NCBI RefSeq assembly: GCF_006345805.1
Contig: NW_021831989.1
Span: 62,001-126,000, forward strand
Origin: Octopus sinensis
Lineage: Eukaryota
Length of the DNA: 64,000 nt
Direction of reading: 5' to 3'
Positions 47,250 to 59,009 of the stretch are shown here, piece by piece. The stretch's first letter is position 1, and each line of letters opens with the position of its first letter. The translations under genes were made by a program, and so were the position numbers. Below the pieces are notes generated by a model. It searched no databases. It had not been told where the DNA came from and worked only from the letters and a program-made list of their open reading frames with translations.

Positions 47250-47430
47250 ATTCGGCCCGCAGACGCTATCGTTTCTCCGCCGCCTTGGATCTAAGCTCGT
47301 GGTTGCCACGAAAGATCCCAACGAGTCGATCAGACTCTTTCAAAGGATCTCATTGGCCATCATGCGCGGGAATTGCCAGTCGATCCGCTGCACATTTTAA
47401 CTTTTTTCGTTTGTAAAATAAATAAAATTA
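47250..47430 (+). mobile_element. CRE 3'-end remnant
   Basis: [38 protein letters not shown] followed by an A-rich tail. Confidence 0.75.
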
Positions 47431-47524
47431 ATTTTAATATTTTAAAAAAAATTCACTCCACTGTTTTTCTTTTTTAAAGATTAAAATAAATAAAAATGAT
47501 TTTTAGTGAGACTGTTTTAATAAT

Positions 47525-50003
47525 TTAAGTTTTATTAATATTTATGAGTTTATCTGAAATATTTTTGGAAAATGGCATTTTAAAATCATCAAAGTCAATT
47601 TCCCAGCCATTCCTTTCTCTTTGCTCGACTCTTTGACGAATGAGGTCACGTGTGGTCATTTGTTTTTTCCAAACATTTCGTGAATAAAATATTGCGTCAT
47701 TGTCAAACGTCATCCTTTCTAATACAGATGCAGGTCTTTCCAGGTTATATGTTAACTTAAATGAAGAGTCTAGACCGATATTCTTTTTTGGAGAACGTTG
47801 ATTTGTAGTAACTTTGGGACTTTCTATTTTTTTTGCTGGAGTTTTTTTAGCTTTTTGATTTTTTGCGGTTTTTTTGAGTGCAGGTAATTTGCTAAATTTT
47901 TCTTCCAAATAACTAATCAGATTTGGATCTGACCAATCATGAGAGAGTTCCAGTGGAGTTTTTCCTTTTCGTGTTTCAGTTCTTAGCTTTGCTCCTCCTT
48001 TTTCAAGCAAGTATTTAACTACATCGAACGCAGAAGACTCGATTGCACGAGTTATTGGAGTTCCTCCATTGAGACTGATAGCGTTTACATCAGCTCCCGC
48101 CTCAACTAAATGAGCCACAACGTCTAATCGGCCAGAATGGCATGCATGATGAAGAGGAGTCCATTTCATATTGTCCTGAGTAGTTAAAGATGCTCTATAA
48201 TTTAATTTGTATAATAAACCCGTTCTCAGTAAGGAATTTTACCATTTTTAAATCTCCAATATGAGCTGCAGTCATCAATGGAGTTTTATAAAAATTATCC
48301 ACTGTGTCAATATTATATCCGTGGTACAAAAATTTTTCCAATGTATCGACATCCTGTGCCCACACAGCCCAACTTATGCTCACGATTGGAGGTTTCACCG
48401 GGTCAATATACCAAGCGCTGTCGTCTTCCAAGGGATCATTTGGAGGATGGTCTCTATCGAACCGTGTAATGTCCGTTTGCTGGTATTCCCTGTTAATATT
48501 ATATTTATGGATTTACGTTTCGATTCTAATGTCGTCTATATTTGATAATCTGGCCGGAAGCTGGAAAGGAGGTCGTTTCATTGGTTTGGGAGGTTTTTTG
48601 TTTTTTCTATTCTTCTTGTCAGCATATGCTCCAAGTAGAAATTGTTTGTTGATAGAACCTTTTCCGTTGAGAAAGTTGACATAGTTTATGACCTTTTCCT
48701 CAAGACTGGGTTGGGCCAAGGAGTCGAGCCAACCTTGAAATAATTCACAGTCAAAGTTTGGAGGGTTTAATTCTTCTAAAATATTTGTTAGGACCGAAAT
48801 GGAAATCATTTTGGTCAAATTTGGATCAAATTTTGAAATTTTGTAATTTATCATTTCCAAATTCGCATTCCACCAATCATAGAGTTTAATCATCCATATT
48901 TTTAGATCAGAGTCAGGTTTTGAAATTCGATTATAAAACTTTTCTGCTTTTCCAACTTCTTTAGTACAACCCTTCTTTCCTTTGGAGTAAACTTTCGCTG
49001 TAATTCCCTCAGAATCTTTCAATTTTGCATTGCAGCCTAAAATTAATATTTATAAAATATTCTGCCTCTTTGAGCTAGGAATCGACAGCAACTACCGTGA
49101 CCATTCATCGCTGCCAAATGGATTACAGTTCTGGCCGTATTGTGTTCAATTATGCTAAAATCACTTCCATATGCAGACAATAACATTAAAATATCGAGAA
49201 ATCCTTGTTTGGCTGCAAAGTGAGCTGCTACACGACCTAAAATATTTTTGAAGAATATTTGACCCTTGTGTTCTAAGAGATTCGGATTTGCATTTTTCTC
49301 TAGTAACAATTTAACAACTTTTGCATTTCCAGAATCACAGGCTGCTATAAGCGGGGTCCTTCGAGTTCCGCTCTATCAAATTTTCCTAAAATTGACAAAA
49401 CCGGAGTTCCGTTGTAATGAACTACGTTTGGGTCTGCTCCGTTTTCAAGTAGTTTAATACAAATTTCTTCATTCTCTTTGGCGGTTTCACAACTAAACAA
49501 AAGTATAGGGATTCCGTTCTTGTCGACATTATTTACATCAGCACCTCCTTCTATAGCCAGTTCCATGCATTTCCTATGCCGTTCAGTCGGTTTAACTCCA
49601 TAAAACAATATTCCTAGAACTCCTTTTCTAACACTAACCTCGTCCTTCAATGTCCACAATATCGGTCTTGCACTGTACTTCGTCCATAAGTAGTTTAAGG
49701 CATTCAAGATTTGCATACTTCATCGCAAACATACAAGCAGTACGGCCTTTCTTGTCCTGAACATTAGGATGTGCAGTAATAGAAAGCAAATACTTCACCA
49801 TTTCTTCATCATTGTCAATTGTGGCTGACAAATAAATATTTTCATTTACCTGCGATGAGAGGAGTCTTTCCTTCAGGACCGCTTTCACATGCGTTGATTA
49901 GATTGGGTACTCCTAGTTCGCACATCTTTTCAATGTGTTCAAAGTCACTTGCCCTTACATACTGAATTAGCTTGACTGCTTGCACATCTTGTAGTTCGTC
50001 CAT
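47525..50003 (-). CDS. ANKEF1: Ankyrin repeat and EF-hand domain-containing protein 1
   Basis: MDELQDVQAVKLIQYVR..IEKMCELGVPNLIN, AHPNVQDKKG, PTERHRKC..A...GADVNN, RFLAQRG, RFDRDHPP..PLEDDSAWY, D.FYKTPLM, KWTPLHHACHSG. Confidence 0.92.
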
Positions 50004-50142
50004 GTTTAACGTCTATTATATCTCGTAGCAACCTTTAATATAATTTAATGATAATTTTATTTATTCAAATCATTTTTTCAATTTATAAATTGATGAATTC
50101 TCACATGGCTTGATTTATATTTAAAAAATTTTAAGAAATCTT

Positions 50143-50560
50143 ATGAAGATGTTACATGGGAATTTTGTCAGGAGGCATAACGAAGTAGTGAGATGCATTT
50201 ACTTTCATTTTTGTCGAGAATTTGGACTCAAGAATAACAAAAAGCTATCGGAAAATGAGAAGGTTGAAATCAGAGTAAACACATTTATAAAGACTGACAT
50301 CGTCTTGGAACATAACAAACCCGATTTGTTTGTTTTTGACAAGATAAAGAATCCACTTTTGATTGTTAACGTCGAGATAACATCTTTTCAAAATTTAAAG
50401 CAAATGGAAATCTAAAAAATGACCTCCTATCCAAAGAGCTGGAATTAATTAATTATGTAAGAGTGAAACCTATTGTATTAACATAAGCTGGGCTTCTACC
50501 ACAAAAATTTCTAAAATATGCAAATTTACTTACCATCAGTGAGAGAACTCACTTACTTTG
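50143..50560 (+). mobile_element. R4/Dong-like endonuclease fragment
   Basis: RRHNEVVRCI.FH.CR.FG..NEKVEIRVNTFIKTDIVLEHNKPDLFVFDK. Confidence 0.75.
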
Positions 50561-50764
50561 AAATAAAGAAAAAATTAAAAAGATTCATCATCAAATAAAT
50601 GTGTCTACTAGAGGATGGATCGACCAGAAAAAGACGATTATTTAATTAATACTAACTTTGAGTTCTTGATATTAATACTTGATGTACGTTAAAAAAGTCT
50701 ATAGGTAAATTGTCGATATTATAAAAGTCATTTCTACCAAAATAAAACAAAATAGAGTTGAACA

Positions 50765-53644
50765 TTAAACAAGTAAACCCCTTTTAGGATGTATATAATA
50801 ATGTATCGCATCAGTAAACGGAATAAACTCAGAAGAAAAAGAATATCCACAACCTACAAGTCCGGCACTCAATTCTACATAGCACGGAGCTAATCAACAA
50901 AAAATGACAAATAACCTTCCCAATGGTCGTGTGATAACAGTAAATTCTGCTTCACAGAAACAGACTTAAATTGTCCTTCAAAATCCGCATAAAGACTATT
51001 AGAATCAACATAATGATAAGCAATATTACAATCCGGATAGACAATCTACTCATTAAACCACAATCAAACCCGAACGGCAATAAAATATTGACTTAAATCC
51101 ACATTCTTTACATATAATGTCAGTGGCACTTCTGTGGCCAAACCTGCTCTAAAAATATGCGGATTAACCCCATTTCTTTCATTAGTCAACACTACATCCA
51201 GACTGACAGACTCAATCTCGTCTGAATAAACACAAATACAAACCCAATGGAAGAAAAGGGACGACTACATTTTCCCTCAGAATAGAATAACAAGTTCTAA
51301 TTATCTTTTCTGGGGAACAAGTGAGAATAGTTTCCTCAAGCTGGGAAAGACCAATCGGGCAATTGGCACTATACACTCAACTGAACTAATCAAACGGCAT
51401 TTGCTTGATCTCCGATATAATTTCTGAATACTTCGAAACCTCAAAATGAGGCTGGAATTTGAAAAAATGGACCAGACACAACAGCCAAAAACGAACAGAC
51501 ATAAAAAGACAAAAAATATTCTTCTGTTCTGTGTAATTCACATATTTCTGAGTCAACTGTGTGATAAGACTCCCGAGCTACACACATTTTATATTTTTAA
51601 ACAACCTTATTCAAATCATTACTCATTTTCTGTGCACTGACTGTTTTTTCTGAGTTTAAAAAACAACAAAAAGTAGATCCCCAACTTAGACGCCTCAAAC
51701 GAGTCTCAACATCAACAAAAAGTGCCAAAAAACAAAAATAGCTTTTGTTTTTCTCATCGGCAATGTCAGCCGACACTCTCAATGTCTCAATAACTCGATC
51801 AAGCTCATCATTCCTCGTATTATTCTCCCATTCTGTCCCACTCATCAACTCCAAACATATAAAATAGTTTTTCTGCACAAAATCCATCTGATTGTGTAAA
51901 GTATTATATATTTTAGAGTCTGGAATGGGCTCATCCGCATGAAAGTGCTCAATCTGTCAGAATAACATCACAATATACCCGAGGAGTCAATTCTGGGACT
52001 AAACTTTGAAGGTAAAAATAATGAGATTTGACGTATGGGGGGAGGAGATTGAGAATGCTCTCATTCCGTTTAGCCGCGTTGAATATAAGCACAAGAATGG
52101 CCAGATCTAGTGCCTTTAGAAGGATTATTGACAACGTTGGCTGTCGTTTATGTGTGGCTCCACTGTGTCAAAGTCAGGGTCAATATTGAGCAATTCACAT
52201 GCCATACTGTCCACGAAATGTCCATTTATATTCCCCATCTTTGCAAATATTCTAAAAAATAATAATAAATGAATAAAATACCGCCAAATTGGACGAGTGT
52301 CTTGTGGGAACAATTTAAGGTTAGTAAGAATACACTCCACAGCCTTATCAAAGGCTTCTTTGGAATCAAAACAGCAGAGAGGAACAAACCTATAAAAAGT
52401 CTGTCTAATCTCCTCATTCACATCCTAAAATACCACATTTGAAATGCCAGACCTGCAAAACATCAAACATAATTTCAGTCTGGTCAGCTCTGAGTGGACA
52501 TGTGCCAATAATCTGACTCAGACAGTGAATTGCAGAGATACGGACAGAGGCAATCTCGTCACTGAGTAGATCAATCACATAATCCATCGCCATGGCTAGG
52601 AAATTTGGATATTTTGGTGCGAGAATAGCAATAGAGGAAGCACAGGCAATTCGGACAGCTGGAATGGCCAGTTAGCACTACCAGAAAACTCGTCTTCCAA
52701 GGCCTCGAGGAAGCATCCTGTAGCACCCAGGCCTGTTAGGAATATATCCTTAGGGTGCATTTCCCCCTGAGCAAACGTAGAGTTCCCAGTTGTCCATTTT
52801 TGCCCATCAGACCACAGACCTGAACGATAAAGTTCTTTTTGTTTTTGAGAAAATCCAATAACTTTCTAAATAATATTATTTAATTATTATTATTTAATTA
52901 TTTAAATAAAAAATAAAACTTTTAAATCTGAAATGACTTGTCTGTTGAATGTGGTGCAAAGCAATTTTTCACTGACTCCTTCAAATTCTCCCTTAAAATA
53001 AACAATTTTTTGCGAGAAAAAAATACCAAAGTTTTTGCTGCTTTGATTCGAACAGATTTAGCCGGGTCTCTCATCATTTCCGCACATTTATCAAAAAATT
53101 CGTCAATTTGTGACCTTGTTTTGTTCGTATGAGTCATCACAAGCTCAATCGAGGCCACTCTGACACACTCAGATGGGTCATTTAAAAGTTTTGAAAAATT
53201 ATTTCTTATATTTGGCAAACCATCTGTTTTTTGGCGGTAAATTGACGTCTTTTGGTGGTATTATAAGCAAAAATGTTACAAGGGCGTTGATTGCGGCAAC
53301 ACGGACGGTCGAATCAACGTCGAAAAAGCAGTTTATAAACATTTTAATCATTTCAAATGGCTTTATCCCAGAACTGATGTGAGTTTCTGTCAGAAGGGTG
53401 ATGGCGTTAATTCTGAGTGATGGTTTTTTGTTGTGAATGTACTAAAATGGTGTTTTGAGTGGGAACTTGGAAGGCAGATGATATAATGAGCTCGATTTGG
53501 TCAAAGTCGGGTTTTTTCTTTGCTATTTTTATGAGGGCTGGGATGTCATTTGGTGCTTGAAATATTTATAAAATGTTTTATACATATTTTTGTCGTTTTT
53601 AAATCGATTAGATCTTTCAGATCTGCAGTAATATTTGTATTCAT
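50765..53644 (-). CDS. INTS4: Integrator complex subunit 4
   Basis: HEAT repeats DVDSTVRVAA, DPSECVRVAS, FDKCAEMMRDP..VR; ELYRSG.WSDG.KW; GCFLEALEDEF|AVRIA; DLLSDE; LK.FPQD..IW; ELLNIDPDFDTVEP; C-terminal YIHPK. Confidence 0.88.
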
Positions 53645-53973
53645 GATAATAGATAAAATTATATGTAGGGCTCACGTTCAATATAAGGGTTGTATTATTT
53701 ATTTAAAAATAATATAATTTTTAAAATATTTGAATTATTAAAATAAATTTGAATAATTTTGATGCGTATTTTGAGCAAAGATAATTTCATTTTCAGAACA
53801 ATAAAACAAAATTCTGGTTTCATGTTTGTTTTTAAAAAACGGAGAAATTTTTTAATAAAATCGGTTGCTTTTACGCTGAAGTTTAAAATAAAGAAAAGAC
53901 TTCTATTATTTACTTTTTTTTAATTCCAAACTTTTAAATTGCAACACTTGAAAATAATCAAAGGCTGATGATG

Positions 53974-54048
53974 CTTTTAATAAACTGATCTTTTTAATAA
54001 ACTGATCTTTTTAATAACTTTCAAATTCTACTTTTTAATAAACTGATC
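53974..54048. repeat. Short repeat of ttttaataaactgatc (3 full copies plus one partial)
   Basis: Unit visible at ~53975, ~53992 and ~54033. Confidence 0.7.
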
Positions 54049-54929
54049 AAACTATTAAAAAGAAAATGGCACTGAAGAGTGACAGTTATACAGACTATGT
54101 TTAATTGCTGACTATGTCTTGATTATGTCTTGAGCTAGTTTAAAAAAATTTCTTTTTAAATTTTGAATACCAGAGACAAAATAGATTAAAATCTACCTCG
54201 ATTAAGTCGCTCGTCTATTATACCATTTCAAATTTATAGTGGGTTTTACCAAAAGCAAAGAGTTGGACGATCTTTTTTAGATTTTTGTTTCAAACACAGC
54301 CAAGTATTGGAATATGTGTATTTGAGAAATTAAAAATCCTTAATTTGTGGTAGAAATGTCTGGATTATTTTTTATCAGTTTTATTATTAATTTTTCAAAA
54401 GTAAAGAGAACTTATATTCATGAATCTAAAAAGTGTAAATAATTTACATTTTAAGTTATATTATTGTTAAATCACATTCCCTAGGATCATAAAGCCCCTC
54501 TGTAATGATCAAGAGCCCGTAGAGTTACCTCGAGGTTATGGGTGATGACAGAAACTGGATTTGGTAGTATGGGGTAGTAGTATGGTAGTAGTATGGGGGA
54601 GAGTCTAACTTTGCTCTTTACTACGTCGGCTGGAAACGGTTCTCCATATTTCAGAGTGTCCTGAAAAAGCCTGCGATTAATTTGAACGTCCTTTATTCGC
54701 TGTGTTTAAGATGTAGTGCGGCGACTATTTTTATTTCAAAAACCGAGGTTAGTCCAAGCTTTATTCCCTGTGTTTGGATGACTTGATCGACTACCTTGCA
54801 CTGGACTTGCATGCTTTTGCTAATAGGTGTGCAAGGGCCACGTCTTGAAAACCATTTTAATTGAGTAGTTTTTTGTGGATATTTGGAAAATGCATTCAAT
54901 GCAGTTGTTTTTTAATCACCAAAACGAGT

Positions 54930-55180
54930 CATCACCCAAAGAATCAAAAATGTGGTTTCACTGAGCGGTTTTCATACAAAATTTCATGTTGGAAATTTAA
55001 TATCTCCAAGATTAAAAAACACTCATCTCATAATTGACTCAGACGGGAAAATAGTGGAAAAATACCAAAAAACTAACCTTTTTGATATTCCCGGGAAATT
55101 CCAAAAAAGTGAAGTCATTGATGGCGGGAATACACTCGTGTTGCCCGTTGAAACTCCTACGGATTCTGTAGACGCAAACC
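54930..55180 (+). pseudogene. Nitrilase (NIT1-like) fragment
   Basis: SLSGFH..LKNTHLIIDSDGKIVEKYQKTNLFD..GNTLVLPVETP resembles NIT1 (GGFHE..YNCH..YRKTHL.D..PV.TP). The catalytic Cys region (ICYD) is absent. Confidence 0.7.
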
Positions 55181-58179
55181 AAGTTTTTTTGCTTATTCAG
55201 TTCTGATTGAATTTGTAAATATTTCCTCTTTCTTTCTGGCCGTATGAATATCTGATTAGGCGTAGAAGTTTTGGTGGGTACCCTGAGACATGGAGTAATT
55301 TGTAACGAAGAACTCAGTTTCGACGAATTGGTAGATTCGAATTATACAATCCAAAAAATTGAAAAAGCTGTAGAAAAACATTTTTCTAAATCAATAATAT
55401 TTAATGGGTTGAATCTCTTACGGGGACGCAGTCTAAAAATGAAATATATGTAAATTAAATGAACCCAAATTTATTTTGTCAAGACTTTAATAACAAAAAA
55501 TCATTTGATTAAATTTAATATGCAACTTAATTTTGCTTTTATTTTAAGAGTTTTTCGAAACAAGGAGTTTATTGATATACGCAGTACACAATAATAGTTG
55601 GTTAAAATGCTCATCAGTCAAAAAGCTACAAAATTTTGTTATAATAAATACCAATTTACTAAAGAGCGATTCACAAACATATATGTTGACGCAAACACTA
55701 AAAAAATTTTGACCACTACAAATTAAATTGAGATATTTCCTTCAAAATTAAAGTATTGTACACATATTAAATACAGATATCATGCTTATATCCGACTGTA
55801 ATTCTAACAGTTTCATTTGAAATTCGCCAGGAGCAAAGTCCGAATCAATATGATTGCGTACTGAAAATACTTTAACAAATGCAAATAATTTCTTAAATCA
55901 CATTCGTTAATCAAATCATCAATAATGAACTGTATTGATTGAATGATGCATTACGCTCAGAAAGTGAAATAAAATATTTTGTATCGCAAGATGAAATTTG
56001 AGTTCTCTAAATATGAAGGTTTGCAATGAAGACAGAGACTTTTCGGTACAATTCGTGACATAGCTTGTTACTACCTTGAAGAGCACAATTTAATTTTGAA
56101 AGATAAAGACAATACATACCTAGCTTAAATTCACTATGTAATTCACTATATAAATTTAGTTTGAAAAAAGTAGCTAAGGGTCCGCAAATAAAATTCATCG
56201 GGCCGCGGTTGAGGACCTCTGCTCTAGTCTATTGGATCTACTTTAAAAATAACAATAAAAATAGTATTTTATGAAATTAACATTATTTTTGATTCATTGC
56301 AATTGAAATAAGGTTTATTTTGATGTTAGATTATTTGATTGAAAAGGATTGATTAGTTTGGTTAAATAAGCAATATTTGTTGGTTAACCTATAAAATTGA
56401 ATAAAATGTTAATTATTCGACTATATCAGAAAATGCTTTCAATACTAGGTTTGACATTAACTTGTAATATTCTATTTTATAAGGATTTCTATTTTTCATG
56501 AATTTGTCACAGAGTGCAATTACAGCCATTCAAGGAGTTAGTAATAGTTTAAAGTGAATATATTTAAGGAATCAGATGATACATGCGCATCCTGTATAAA
56601 TGGTCTTGCGATTGGATTGCAGTTTTACGTTTGTTCAACGTGTAAAATCCTTAATAGAGTCAATACTCTCCTGATCATTTTGATCCAGTAATGCGGGCGA
56701 CTCAATTTTGCATGGATAGTGGACGCTGCCCAGCAGATTATGTTTCTGCTTAATCAGCACAAATTAACCTTCTCTTTCCTCGGCTTAATTATTCTCGGCT
56801 AATCAATTATCTTTTTAACCAATAAAAAAATTATTTTTACTTATATTTTGTGTTTGTCCAACTTTCGTATTAGTAAAAGTGAAAATTTTAAATTTGCTGT
56901 TTCAAAAAAGCAATTTTTTGTGAATTGTAATTTTCTTATTGAATCTTAATTTCACATTAAATACTTATATTTTTCGTGAGAACAGTTTTGGAGATATTTT
57001 GAGGTTACATTTTTTGTAGGCATTCAATAATTAATATTTTACATTTGATTTATTAATGTGGTTGGAAATTTTTATTCGATTTAAATAATGTCGGGTTTAT
57101 ATCGAAATTTCTTGGTTATTTTCGACTTTTAGAATACAAGGAAGATTACATTTTTTGTATTTATGGCCCCTGATTAAAAAAGTTTGAGAATAACTGGTTT
57201 ATACATTTGAGTTAATTATATTGGTCTAAGACTTTTTAGATAAAGTAGATTACATCCGTTTGAACCATTATATTATTTTTTCGACTTATAATGAATTGAA
57301 TTAAATTTTTTATTCACCCTAACATGATTTATTGAAGCAATTTATTTTTTCAATATTTATCATTATCCACAAAATTTGACAACAAAGACGTTTATCGATA
57401 TTTGTCCCTGATTCCGAATGATTATTTTTGTTAGACAGCTTTACACAACTCTTAGGACTGCTACTCTTCAGTATTTTCTAGTCAAATTCTAACATTTTTT
57501 ATTTCATTTTGTATAAATAGTGACAGGGTTGTGCGTAATCTGCTTCAAAAGCAACAAGTGTTTTGAATATACAAATTCATTATGTCGTCTAAAGAAAATC
57601 TATTTTCCAAGTAGCTTCCATCGAGCATTACTCATAGTGGTCCCCAAGCATTCAAATTTATATTTAATCCATAAATTTTGTTCGGATACCGCATCTCGTT
57701 CAGACTCCACATTCCCGAGTTGTATCACAGAATAAATGTGTTATCAGTTCTGATCAGTTCGCCTTAATTTTTGTTGATAGGTCCCTGAGGGCAGCCCCCA
57801 GGTAGATAAAAATAGTCTTAGCGATAAGGAGTCGCCTGGGGTACCAATATTTGTCCCAGTCTGAATCAGCTCAAATTTTTATTTCGACGTTCGTGAGTAA
57901 AATACATATCATATTCAGATACAGTTTTGTCTTTATTATAACCTTTCCACTCTATAATAAAATTTTTCAGTCTTGTTGCGTAAAGTTAGTTAAATTTAAT
58001 TAGCCTTGCAACACGTTTGAATATTTTAGAAAAAATAGCAAAGTTTTACTTTCGCAAAACAAGTTTTGTCACAAACTAAGCAATTCAGTGTTCCAGCATT
58101 TAGAGTATTGCTTCTATTACTTTTTTTATTTTGTAAATTATATTTTATTCAAAAAAAGACTTCTTTCTTTTTTGATGAA

Positions 58180-58395
58180 AAAAGTCGTTAGTAGGCCGGT
58201 TACTCCAGATGTCTCCATAACTATAGGAATGAAGTAATACCGTCATCAAAGATTTACCCATTTGGAAACATCTGCAACAAAACAAGAAGAAACAGCAGGA
58301 AAGACCATGTTAGTTTAAAAATGGGTGTCTACACACATTGAATCCCAAATCAACAATTTCCCATCTCCAGGATTTAACTGGCTCTAACACATCCT
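58180..58395 (-). mobile_element. CRE endonuclease remnant
   Basis: VLEPV, GKLLIWDSMCVDT, YFIPIVMETSGVTG. Confidence 0.6.
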
Positions 58396-59009
58396 AAAAT
58401 AAAATTGTCCAAGTATCTATTATTTATCCATTATTTGAACTCCCAAATATCAAAATATATCTTTTAAACACATTTAAAAATATTTAAATATAAAACAAGT
58501 ATAGAAACAAAAAATTCAATTTATCGGAGAGAAAACGCAAACAAAAAATAAACAAAAATGATTAGTGAAATAATACTAATGGGGAAACTGTTTGTCAGAA
58601 GAAGTGCCTATAATAAATAATAAATAAAATACTTTTGGCATCACAGGAAACAATTTTTAGCGTTTCTACAGTTACACTGTCAGATGAGTCTCGAGATCCA
58701 CTTTTTCTAAAACAAATGTCCAAACATTATCACAGAAACGATATGTGTTTAATTTCCCCTATTTTAAATTTAATAAATTAAAAACTCGGATTGAGACTTT
58801 ATTTCTGACTTTACTGACCAAGGAGTGATTTATAGATTTGTCGAACTGTAGAAGAATCTTTTCTGCAATGGCTGTGGTTATTTGACCATCCTTCGACTAT
58901 TTAGAAAATATACATTTATTAAATCTTCTAATGTTTCCTGGAGGCAAATACCAACAGTGGTTGTGCGATATAACTGATATGACATACACAACTAGAATTA
59001 TTACTCAAG

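Noticed and set aside
54563-54598. GTAGTATG repeats as interstitial telomere
   Set aside because: Too short and irregular.
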